The notes beneath the pieces are model-generated. The model did not search any database and was not told where the DNA came from. It was given only the letters and a program-made list of their open reading frames with translations. The translations under genes were made by a program, and so were the position numbers. A stretch of DNA of 42,708 bases from Verrucomicrobiales bacterium. Lineage in GTDB: Bacteria > Verrucomicrobiota > Verrucomicrobiia > Verrucomicrobiales > V1-33. Location: the NCBI GenBank assembly GCA_031411295.1, contig JANOAV010000062.1, positions 1 through 42,708 on the forward strand, read 5' to 3'. Below are positions 1 to 8,510 of this stretch, one piece after another (positions within the stretch are counted from its first letter, which is position 1; each line of letters starts with the position of its first letter).

Positions 1-96
1 GCCAACACCGACCTCGAAAAGCAAACCGCATAGGCCCGCCGATCAGCCACCGAGGCCGAAGGCGCTGAGTGAATCACCGGGCCTGTCCAACAACTA

Positions 97-129
97 ATAG
101 CTTTGAGGCGCAAAGCCGCTCAAAGCTAT
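97..129. terminator. Inverted-repeat hairpin overlapping the stop codon of the FG-GAP gene
   Basis: ATAGCTTTGAG (97-107) and CTCAAAGCTAT (119-129) are perfect reverse complements. Confidence 0.5.
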
Positions 130-3100
130 CTTTGAAGGTTCGCCGCGTTTCTGAGCAGAACGGAAACGGCGTTGACGCCCGTGCCGTAATTCCCGATGAC
201 AAGGTCCGATTTCCCGTCGCCGTTAAGGTCTCCGACGGCTACTTTGGCGGGGTTCGTGCCGGTGACATAATTAACCGCCGCTTCGAATCCGTTGTTGGCT
301 TCGTTTCTGAGTAAAACCGAAACCGTGTTGTCGCTGAAATTGGTCGCAGCGAGGTCCGGTTTGCCGTCGCCGTTGAAATCTCCGACGGCTACGCCCGCGG
401 GACCATTGCCGATAGGATAATCAACCTTTGTATCAAATCCGGTATTCGCCGCGTTTCTCAGCAAAACTGACACGGTATTGCTGCTAAAGTTGGCAGCGAC
501 AATATCCGCTTTGCCGTCGCCGTTGAAATCGTCGACCGCGACCGAGGAAGGAAAAGTTCCGGTGGTTAAATTGACCGCCGGGTCGAATCCAGTGTTCGCC
601 GCGTTTCTCGTCAGGACCGAAATCTGGGTGGCTCCGGAATTACTGTTGGCGAAAACTATGTCCTGCCTGCCATCGGCATTGAAATCTCCAACCGCTGGAT
701 AAGCGCGTGCGGTCGATGAAATAGACGACGCGGTAAACGCCGCCGCATTGAAAGTGGTGCATCCGGCGGGGGTCGTAACCGTGAGATTGAATGTTTTGGC
801 CGTCGCCCCACCCGCATTGAAAGCCCTGACCGTTACCAAATAAGATTCGCCTACGCGGTTCGCCGGATGCGCGTTCGTCACGCGGACCAGGCCGGTCACG
901 GGGTCGACAACCAACTCGCCTTTGAAATCAGCGGTGGTCGTCGCAGTGGCATAAGTATGGTTGGTCGGCGCGGCGGTTGGCGTGATGGTGGCGTTGCCGC
1001 CGAGAGCGATGGAAGTGTTCGCATAATCGCCCACCGTCGGAGCTGCGATGCCGGTCGCCTGGATCGTAAAGTTAATCGGATTTTCGTCCGCATCGTTGTT
1101 GGCAAACGTGACGGTCGTTGAGTGCAAGCCCAAAGCCGTCGGAGCCACTCTGACTTTGAAGGTCGTGGTGCCGAACAACGGGAGCGAAGCAGCCGGTTGC
1201 TGGGTGACGATAAAGGCGGCGGCTTGCCCGCCCGTTACCGAGACCGTTCCGATCGTCAGCGTAGTCGCGCCGACGTTTTCAATCGTAAATGTCCGTTCGC
1301 GCGTATTGCCGACCCCGACCTGACCGAAATCAGTGTTGTCGGCGGCTGAAGGCGTCGTGTCGCCATCAACGATAATGACGTTGCTGCCTCTAACGACAAT
1401 TTCCTGCGTCGCTGACACGATCGTGACAGTCAGATTAGCGTTGGTTTGCAACCCGCCGTCCGAGACGGTCAAAACAACCGTATAGTCGCCCGTCGGCGTG
1501 CCGCCGCCGGCCCCGACAGTGGCGGTGATCGTGCCGTTGGTATTGACGATGCTCGAAACGGTGATGCCGGCCGGAACCGTCGTGGCCGTGACGGTCAGGC
1601 TGCCTGCCGCTGTTTCCGGATCACTGACCGTAGCGATCTGCGAGTTCGATGACGCGCCTTGCGCCCTGATTTGATTCGTAACACTGGTAAAACCCGGCGC
1701 GTTGTTGCAAACGCGCTCCAAAACATAAATTCTGCCGAGGCCGGTGTTGAGCGCGGTAATATCCTGTCGGTTATCTCCGTTGAAATCTCCGACCGCCACC
1801 GCGCCGACGCTGCTGGTGCCGGCATTGAAATCAATTCTGGCGTCGAATCCGTTGTTCGTCGCATTTCTGAGCAGCACCGAAATGTTATTGAAGGCGCCAC
1901 CGGAACCACCGTTTGCCGTGACGATATCCTGCCGTCCGTCATGATTAAAATCTCCGACCGCCAATTTAACCGGATTAGCGTCGACGCCGTAATCAACCTT
2001 TGCGTCAAATCCGTTGTTCGCGGCATTTCTGAGCAGCACCGAAACGTTGTTGCTGAGACTGTTAGCCGTCGCAATATCCTGTTTCCCGTCGCCGTTGAAA
2101 TCTCCGGCAACGATTGCTGAAGGAACGAAGCCCGCAGTGAAATCGGCTTTCGGGTCGAAGCCGTTGTTCGCCGCGTTTCTGAGCAAGACCGAAACGACGC
2201 CGTTGCTTAAGGTATTAACCGTGGCGATGTCCTGTCTGCCGTCGCCGTTAAAATCTGCGACCGTCACCGAAGCCGGACGATCGTTGACCGCGAAATCGAC
2301 TTTCGCGTCGAAACCGGTATTAGCCGCGTTTCTGAGCAAGACCGAGACAGTAAAGACGCCCGTGCCGTTATTAGCGGCAACAATATCCGGTCTGCCGTCG
2401 CCGTTGAAATCTCCGACCGCCACTGAAATGGGATTCGTGCCGGTGACGTAATTAACCGCCGCGTCGAATCCGTTGTTCGCCGCGTTTCTGAGCAAAACCG
2501 AGACGTTGTGATTGGTATTGTTCGCCGTGACAATATCTTGTTTGCCGTCCCCGTTGAAATCCGCGACTGCCACTGAAGTCGGGCTGCTGCCGACGGTGTA
2601 ATCGACTTTGGCGTCGAAGCCGTTATTCGCCGCATTCCTGAGCAGCACCGAGGCGACGCTGCTGCTGTTATTAGCCGTGACAATATCCTGTCTCCCGTCG
2701 CCGTTGAAATCTCCCACCGCCACTGATTGACTGCCGCCGTTGCTGATATTAGTTGCCGTAAATGACAGTGGGACGACCACATTGCAGCCAACCGGAGTCG
2801 TCACCGTCAGATTAAACGTTCTCGTCGTCGTTCCGTCTGCATTGTAAGCCGTCACCGTCACCGGGTAGAATTCGCCCGCACGGTTCGCCGGATGGGCGTT
2901 GGTGACGCGCACAACTCCGGTCGTCGGATCAACTTCCAATTTGCCCTTGAACGTGGCCACCGTCGCGGCGGTCGCGCTCAGCGCATTGGCTGGCGTGGCG
3001 CTTGGCGTGATGGTTGTGTTGCCGCTCAGTGAAACGGCCGTGTTGGCATAATTACCGAGCGTCGGGGCCGCCCCCTGCACTGCCTGGGCGTAGAACGCCA

Positions 3101-3158
3101 GAAGGAGGAAAAGGAGATTGCGGCCGGGTGCAGCGTAAAAACGAGGAGGCGTTTTCAT
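126..3158 (-). CDS. Secreted FG-GAP/VCBS repeat beta-propeller protein with Ig-like and choice-of-anchor D (ASH-like) domains; probably C-terminally truncated
   Basis: Signal peptide (LLFLLLAFYAQAVQG) after Met 3158; 7 + 4 DFNGDGxxD-type repeats; IIVDGDTTPSAADNTDFG...RTFTIENVG...NNDADENP choice-of-anchor D motif; ORF ends mid-repeat. Confidence 0.85.
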   Translation of the reverse strand: MKTPPRFYAAPGRNLLFLLLAFYAQAVQGAAPTLGNYANTAVSLSGNTTITPSATPANALSATAATVATFKGKLEVDPTTGVVRVTNAHPANRAGEFYPVTVTAYNADGTTTRTFNLTVTTPVGCNVVVPLSFTATNISNGGSQSVAVGDFNGDGRQDIVTANNSSSVASVLLRNAANNGFDAKVDYTVGSSPTSVAVADFNGDGKQDIVTANNTNHNVSVLLRNAANNGFDAAVNYVTGTNPISVAVGDFNGDGRPDIVAANNGTGVFTVSVLLRNAANTGFDAKVDFAVNDRPASVTVADFNGDGRQDIATVNTLSNGVVSVLLRNAANNGFDPKADFTAGFVPSAIVAGDFNGDGKQDIATANSLSNNVSVLLRNAANNGFDAKVDYGVDANPVKLAVGDFNHDGRQDIVTANGGSGGAFNNISVLLRNATNNGFDARIDFNAGTSSVGAVAVGDFNGDNRQDITALNTGLGRIYVLERVCNNAPGFTSVTNQIRAQGASSNSQIATVSDPETAAGSLTVTATTVPAGITVSSIVNTNGTITATVGAGGGTPTGDYTVVLTVSDGGLQTNANLTVTIVSATQEIVVRGSNVIIVDGDTTPSAADNTDFGQVGVGNTRERTFTIENVGATTLTIGTVSVTGGQAAAFIVTQQPAASLPLFGTTTFKVRVAPTALGLHSTTVTFANNDADENPINFTIQATGIAAPTVGDYANTSIALGGNATITPTAAPTNHTYATATTTADFKGELVVDPVTGLVRVTNAHPANRVGESYLVTVRAFNAGGATAKTFNLTVTTPAGCTTFNAAAFTASSISSTARAYPAVGDFNADGRQDIVFANSNSGATQISVLTRNAANTGFDPAVNLTTGTFPSSVAVDDFNGDGKADIVAANFSSNTVSVLLRNAANTGFDTKVDYPIGNGPAGVAVGDFNGDGKPDLAATNFSDNTVSVLLRNEANNGFEAAVNYVTGTNPAKVAVGDLNGDGKSDLVIGNYGTGVNAVSVLLRNAANLQR

Positions 3159-3469
3159 CGAGGGAACTGCGGATCGCGTAAAGCGCAGTCTCTGATAGAA
3201 ATTTGCTTTTTCAGGGGGGCGCCCGGCCTTCGTGGGGTCAATCATGGTGTTCTGCATGGGCTGGCGGGGCGGTTCATGGTGGATTTCTTATTCTCATGAG
3301 CATAGCTCTCCTGCTCCGCGTTGCCAAGATTTTTCTTAGCCGCGGATTTTTACGGATTTGTTCGATGAACCCTCCCTACTCGGTGGATTCCAAGAGGAGG
3401 ATGCGACCGTCTCCGAGGTCAATTTCTGGGGCCTTCCAAGCGTGGTCGGTGCTTGAGGCCGCCGAAGTC

Positions 3470-3525
3470 CCGGATGCGCGTTCGTTACGCGCACCACGCC
3501 CGTCGCCGGGTCAACTTCCAACTCG
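3470..3525 (-). pseudogene. 56-bp remnant of an adhesin module (ELEVDPATGVVRVTNAHP), paralogous to 863-918 and 2888-2943
   Basis: Translation matches KLEVDPTTGVVRVTNAHP and ELVVDPVTGLVRVTNAHP in the neighbouring gene but is identical to neither. Confidence 0.8.
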
Positions 3526-3855
3526 TCCCAGATCGTTCCGATGCTTGATCTCACCTGATTTCCGAAGGTTTTTCTCCACGATGCTCTGGGTGGCAATCCC
3601 CGCGTGATCCGTGCCCGGCAGCCACATCACTTCATGCCCCGTCATGCGCGCGCGACGCGCCAGGATGTCCTGAATGGTGTTATTCAGCACGTGGCCGATG
3701 TGCAGAATGCCCGTCACGTTCGGCGGCGGGATCACAATGGAATACTTCGGCTTGGACGAATGCTCGTCGCCATGGAAGCACTTGGCTTCCAACCAAGCGG
3801 CATACCACTTGGCTTCCACATCGGCGGGGAGATAGGCTTTGGAAAGTTCTGACAT
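3511..3855 (-). pseudogene. valS: Valyl-tRNA synthetase 5' fragment (~114 aa)
   Basis: MSELSKAY...IVIPPPNVTGILHIGH (HIGH motif)...WLPGTDHAGIATQ...RNDLGR, then stops after 3 unrelated codons. Confidence 0.9.
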
Positions 3856-4114
3856 AAAAAGAATGGGGGAAAATGAAACCGCAGGGACAGCCAGCGGGCG
3901 GGGAATATCCCGGGACCGCGCGGAAAGCGAACCGGGAATCTGGCATCCCAACTTGAAATTTAGCCCTCCCCCACCCCAACCCTGCTCCTTTTCCAAGGCA
4001 CCGCCAATGTCATCCCCAGCAGATCCAGCGAGCCCAGCAAATTGAGAATCGGCCTCCCTGAATCTGCTTTAAAATGAAGCTTGACTCACCTCATCCTTCC
4101 TTGAGGGTCCAAAT

Positions 4115-4996
4115 ATGGGAGTATTCGGATATGACAAAGAGTTTCCAATTGCGAGGCAGTCGCTGATGTCGAGCAGGCTTAGGACCTGTTTCAACGGGGT
4201 GGACATTGCAGTCGGAACTGGGTTCTTCATTCAGACCGAGGATGACGAAATATTCCTGGTCACTAACTGGCACAACGTCACTGGTCGTGATCCAAATACA
4301 CTCGCCTGCATCAGCCCAAGGGCAGCAATTCCTGATTCTCTGGTTGTAGAGTGCCTTGTTGAAAAAAAGGATGCCTCCAAGAATCGGCCATTGACTATGC
4401 CTGTGAAATTAAATCTTCCCCTGTATCGCGATGAAGAAATGATGGAACCGCGTTGGAAGGAACATGGCGTGTGGAAGGAGAGGGTGGATGTGGTATTGGT
4501 TCCTGTGACTGCGGATCAAATGACAGGCATGCCTGAAGGTTGCACTTTCGTTTTCCTTGAGCGGGGTGACGATAAAATCCAGGTCGAGGTTGGAATGGAT
4601 GTGGCGATTTTAGGATACCCTCGCGGAATTTCAGTGGGAATCTTCGAGGCACATTTCCCCATATGGAAGCGTGGAGCAATCGCATCGGAGCCATACCATC
4701 CCATTGATGATCTCCCTAAATTCTATATAGACAGTGCGACGAGGGAAGGAATGTCAGGATCGCCCGTGTTTGCCTGCGCGTCGGGGCCGATTCGTTACGA
4801 AGGCAGTCCATATGTTGCCCAAAGCCAAGGCGTCGTCCGCCGCTTTCTGGGCGTTTACTCCGGAAGGACTGGCAATGACGCCCTCGGAGCACAACTTGGC
4901 ATCGTGTGGAAAGAATCTGTTCTGGCTGAGATTCTAGGGTTTGGCATTCAGGGGCAATCATCTGTTCTGCTCACATCAAAGACGGCGGGAGACTGA
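4115..4996 (+). CDS. Trypsin-like serine peptidase (no signal peptide)
   Basis: GTGFF, LVTNWHNV (His), VDVVLV (Asp), GYP, IDSATREGMSGSPV (Ser) motifs. Confidence 0.85.
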   Translation: MGVFGYDKEFPIARQSLMSSRLRTCFNGVDIAVGTGFFIQTEDDEIFLVTNWHNVTGRDPNTLACISPRAAIPDSLVVECLVEKKDASKNRPLTMPVKLNLPLYRDEEMMEPRWKEHGVWKERVDVVLVPVTADQMTGMPEGCTFVFLERGDDKIQVEVGMDVAILGYPRGISVGIFEAHFPIWKRGAIASEPYHPIDDLPKFYIDSATREGMSGSPVFACASGPIRYEGSPYVAQSQGVVRRFLGVYSGRTGNDALGAQLGIVWKESVLAEILGFGIQGQSSVLLTSKTAGD

Positions 4997-5181
4997 GATC
5001 GCGACTATACATCGGTCGAGCACAGAAAATATTTTTACCAACGTTTGGACCCAGCCCTCTAAGCGTTTCCGCGTTCTGTCGCCGTGATGCTGACACGGTA
5101 TTCTTCGACCATCCAGCGCGGCGGTTCGTGATGCTCTAATTTGGGTGCGGTGCAATAATGCAATTTGAAAGATAAGGGGTT

Positions 5182-5487
5182 TTATTTTTGCGCAGGGGGC
5201 TTCTGGGCCTCAAGCTTGCGCATCAATTCATTTTGTCTTTCCTGAAGTCTGGATAGCTTTCTTTCAGCCAGCGCCTCTTCCTCGCGCTGTTCTTTATCCA
5301 CCTCAGCCCTGACTTCATCCTCAAGTTTAATCTTGCGCTTAAGTTCTTCGCGCTCTGCATCATGCTTGGACGTTGGCTGTGTGATTCGAGGTTTCTGATC
5401 TGAAGATCCTTTGAAATACGTGTAAAGAGCTAGTCCAGCGGTCACGAGCAAAACAAAGTAAATTCCAGCGCGCTTAGGGTTCATCAT
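5182..5487 (-). CDS. Small membrane-anchored coiled-coil hypothetical protein
   Basis: N-terminal hydrophobic helix followed by an E/K/R-rich helical tail. Confidence 0.65.
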   Translation of the reverse strand: MMNPKRAGIYFVLLVTAGLALYTYFKGSSDQKPRITQPTSKHDAEREELKRKIKLEDEVRAEVDKEQREEEALAERKLSRLQERQNELMRKLEAQKPPAQK

Positions 5488-5650
5488 GAATTGAATTTGG
5501 TGGAGATTTTAAATAGAAGAGGTCTTAGTGCAATTTCGTCGGGAGAGGCTTAACAAGTTCGGAGATCAGACAGGTCTGTGAATTTCTGACCAGATATTCC
5601 ATGGAGCAGGGGCTTTTGCAACCCCCACTCCACGGATTCGGGGACCGGGA

Positions 5651-6526
5651 TTACCCGCCGACGGCCACGGTTACGGTTTCACTCCAGAGGCCCACGGTGG
5701 TGTCGTCCACGCCGAAGATGCCACGGTATTTCCATTGGGTGAGCGTAGTGGGTTGCGGGTGGGTATCGGTGTAGCCGGGCGTGGTGTCGTAGGTGAGGTG
5801 GACGAAGCCTTTGCCGTCGCTGCGATCCACTTCCAGGCGCAGAACGTCGAGGAATTTGCCGTTGCCGTCGAATTTCCAGGGGATCTGGACTCCGGCGGAG
5901 GTGACGTTGACGGTAAAGACGGGGCGCAGGGTGAGGAAGTCCGGCGGGGTCTCCTCTGGGCCGATGATGCGGAGATCGCTACACATGGCGGGGGTGCAAA
6001 GGTCATTTTGTTTGAGTTCTCCCACGAGGTCGAAGAGGCGGGTGAGGCTGCCTTCCTCCTGGGCCACGGCTCCATTAAGGGGCGGGGCGGTGAAGACGGG
6101 GAGGACGAGGGTGCCGCCGGTGCCGGTCTGGGCTTGTGCTGCGGCGGCGGTGCAGGCGGTGGCCCAGGCGCGAGTGGCGGGGAGGTAGCTGCTGAGCACG
6201 TAGTCCAGCCATTTGGCATCGGCCACGGCGGCATCTCGCTGGTCCGTGGTGAGGCCGATGGCAACGGAGTAGCCCGGGAGTTTATTGGCGAAGTTCTCCA
6301 GCCAGATGATTTGTTCGGCTACGCGGGATGGGTAATAGTCTTGTCTTTTCATGGGTTTGTTTTTTGGTTTTGGTTGCGGTGTGCTTGTGGTGGCGGGGGA
6401 AGTGTATCCAGGGTCTCCGGGCTCAAGGACATAGGCGGCCGGATCCCCCCAAAAAATGTTGGGATTATCGTAGGTCCAGGGCTGTCCAGTGGTGGGATCT
6501 ACGGAGTCCCAGGTGAGGAATTTCAT
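5651..6526 (-). CDS. Hypothetical protein: W/D-rich leader, helical domain, C-terminal FN3-like beta-sandwich (alternative start 6352)
   Basis: Coding-like GC3 bias; MKRQDYYPSR..WLENFANKL helical region; C-terminal WKYRGIFGVDDTTVGLWSETVTVAV resembles FN3 terminal strands; the paralog at 10189 differs largely synonymously. Confidence 0.8.
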   Translation of the reverse strand: MKFLTWDSVDPTTGQPWTYDNPNIFWGDPAAYVLEPGDPGYTSPATTSTPQPKPKNKPMKRQDYYPSRVAEQIIWLENFANKLPGYSVAIGLTTDQRDAAVADAKWLDYVLSSYLPATRAWATACTAAAAQAQTGTGGTLVLPVFTAPPLNGAVAQEEGSLTRLFDLVGELKQNDLCTPAMCSDLRIIGPEETPPDFLTLRPVFTVNVTSAGVQIPWKFDGNGKFLDVLRLEVDRSDGKGFVHLTYDTTPGYTDTHPQPTTLTQWKYRGIFGVDDTTVGLWSETVTVAVGG

Positions 6527-6547
6527 GGTGGAAATGGGGTAATCTGT

Positions 6548-6694
6548 GTGGCGGGGGCATTCTGCCCCCAAGCCCCGATGGACGGGGAATCGCAGGGCGC
6601 TTGCATGGTTGGAGTGGGAGAGAGTTTCCCCAGGTAAATGCGCGTTTTCCGGTTTGCGGGGGGCTGGGGCTGGAGGGCAGAATGCCCTCGCCAC
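6548..6694. repeat. REP doublet (GTGG-type, inverted pair; REPIN-like)
   Basis: GTGGCGGGGGCATTCTGCCCCC at 6548 and inverted copy at 6673-6694; 28 bp identical to 27891-27918; another copy at 26202. Confidence 0.75.
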
Positions 6695-6699
6695 GTTTT

Positions 6700-7035
6700 G
6701 GGGGCTCCCCCGCGCGAAATGGGGGCGATCCCAAGCGGGATGGGGGCTCCCCCGCGCGATTTGGGGGCGCCCCCAAATGAAATGGGGGTGCCCCCGGCTG
6801 ACATGGGGGCGGCCCCGGACGAGATGGGGGTGGCCCCGCGTGACATGGGGGAGCCCCCAAATGAGACGGGGGAGCCCCCGTGAGAGTTGGGGGTGCCCCC
6901 AGATGGCAGGAAATTTCCCCCAAATCGCAGGGCAGATCCCCCATGTGCCGCACAGAGGACTGTGCGGACCACCTTCGTGGCGACGATGGATTTCCCATCA
7001 CCCCCAGCCCGTGAGAAATATCCCCCAGCAGCGGG
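6700..7035. repeat. 21-bp-period tandem array, unit GGGGG-NN-CCCCC + 9 variable nt
   Basis: G5 runs start at 6700, 6721, 6742, 6763, 6784, 6805, 6826, 6847, 6868 and 6889; C5 runs stay in register at 6917, 6938, 7001 and 7022. Confidence 0.9.
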
Positions 7036-7307
7036 GAGGCGTTTCCTCCGTGTCTCTGCCATCGCAGAATGGGCATCCCGCACAATAGAATCGTGCTTCC
7101 CACATAAGGGGAGCGTGGCCACAGTCGCAAACGCAATGGGAATAGCAGAATTCACGGTTCTGCGCTTACACTATTTTTATATAGGGGTCAAGTCGTGCTA
7201 TCGGGAAATCTAACGGAGAGGGTTGCCAAGATGGGTTTTCGCAGTCTTTCTGTCTAATGATGATTTGAGGGGCATGGAATTAACCGGGCTCCTGGAAACA
7301 ACATTTG

Positions 7308-8402
7308 CTAGCGCACCTGACCAATCGTCCCGCCCTCGTCGAATTCCGCGGGAAACAGCTTTGACTCGCGGTCCACGTGGCCGCGAGCTACCGCGCGGCA
7401 CCAGCGGATGACGTGCCGGGCCACTGCATTATCGTCATGCTGCAAACGAGCCATCGGTGGATGGCACCATTGCATCGATGCATCGGGATGGAGACACACC
7501 AACGAGACATCCCGCGGCACGGCGAGCCCCCGCTGCGTCAGAAACGCCAATGCGGCTATCGAGTAATCGCCTGACTCCAAGATCAGTGCCGTGGGCGGCG
7601 TGACGCGGAAGAGTGAGGTGAAAAGAGCATTCAAGCCTGCCGGGGTCGGCTCAAAGTCCGGTATGTGATAATCGTCCGCTGTGATTCCGTGTTGGGCCAG
7701 CACGGCGGTGTAAGCCATAATGCTCCGGCCCAACGGTTGCCGCCAGGAGCGCCCGCAGATGAGCACGAGGCGGCGGTGCCCCAGTTGCATCAGCCGCCAT
7801 GCGACCGCACCAAGGGCGGGCGTGCCGTCAACGCCAGCACTCGCAATCTCCAGCCCGAGAGAACGACCTCCAATCGCAATCACGGGAACCGGCTGCGCTG
7901 CGAAGAACTCCAAAACCGCGAGCGGAGCCCCGGGCACGATCCACGCATCCGCCGGCGTGGCCGCCACGAACCGGGCAAGGCGCGATGGCGCGAAGTCCAG
8001 GTCAGTCTGCGTTTTGGCGGCAAATTCAACCGTGTGGCCCGACGCCACCAGACTTCGCTGAATATCGCGCAGCAGATGATGGATCGCAGTGCTCTCCTCC
8101 GCCAGCGGGACGTAGAGGAGAATGACGATCCGCAGTGTGCGCGACTTTCTGCCCTTCTCCCAGGCTGGGGGTATCCCGCCCCGGGCCAGCACCGTGCGCC
8201 GCCCGCCTGCCTGGCCCGCACTCACCAGTCCCTCTTTTTCCAGCAGAAGCAGGGCCCCGCGCATGGCTCCTTTGGAGACTGCGCACTCCTCCGCCAGCCG
8301 CAATACGCCGGGCAATTCGCCCCGCCAGCGGCCACTGCGCAAACCTTTGCGCAGGTGCTCCGCAGTTTGATCAAGGATGGAAATGCGACGGACTTTATTC
8401 AC
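7308..8402 (-). CDS. GntR-type HTH + LacI-type sensor domain transcriptional regulator
   Basis: LPGVLRLAEECAVSKGAMRGALLLLEKEGLV wHTH; LMQLGHRRL, PPTAL, GLAVPRDVSL LacI C-terminal motifs. Confidence 0.85.
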   Translation of the reverse strand: MNKVRRISILDQTAEHLRKGLRSGRWRGELPGVLRLAEECAVSKGAMRGALLLLEKEGLVSAGQAGGRRTVLARGGIPPAWEKGRKSRTLRIVILLYVPLAEESTAIHHLLRDIQRSLVASGHTVEFAAKTQTDLDFAPSRLARFVAATPADAWIVPGAPLAVLEFFAAQPVPVIAIGGRSLGLEIASAGVDGTPALGAVAWRLMQLGHRRLVLICGRSWRQPLGRSIMAYTAVLAQHGITADDYHIPDFEPTPAGLNALFTSLFRVTPPTALILESGDYSIAALAFLTQRGLAVPRDVSLVCLHPDASMQWCHPPMARLQHDDNAVARHVIRWCRAVARGHVDRESKLFPAEFDEGGTIGQVR

Positions 8403-8510
8403 AGTTGCAAGATAGGCCGGAAAACGGCTTATTCGTCAACGTGAAATTGTTTTCCAGTTTGCGAAAATCGGTCATCCTTTAGCCTAATTATGTTATTTTC
8501 AATTCCGATT

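Noticed and set aside
1..33. 3' end of a plus-strand gene (ANTDLEKQTA-stop)
   Set aside because: Too short to support a call
4115..5650. Integron cassette array
   Set aside because: Genes are in opposite orientations and no attC-like sites or integrase were recognised
6700..6909. CRISPR array
   Set aside because: The 12-bp constant part and 9-nt variable part are far shorter than CRISPR repeats and spacers; no cas genes in the window
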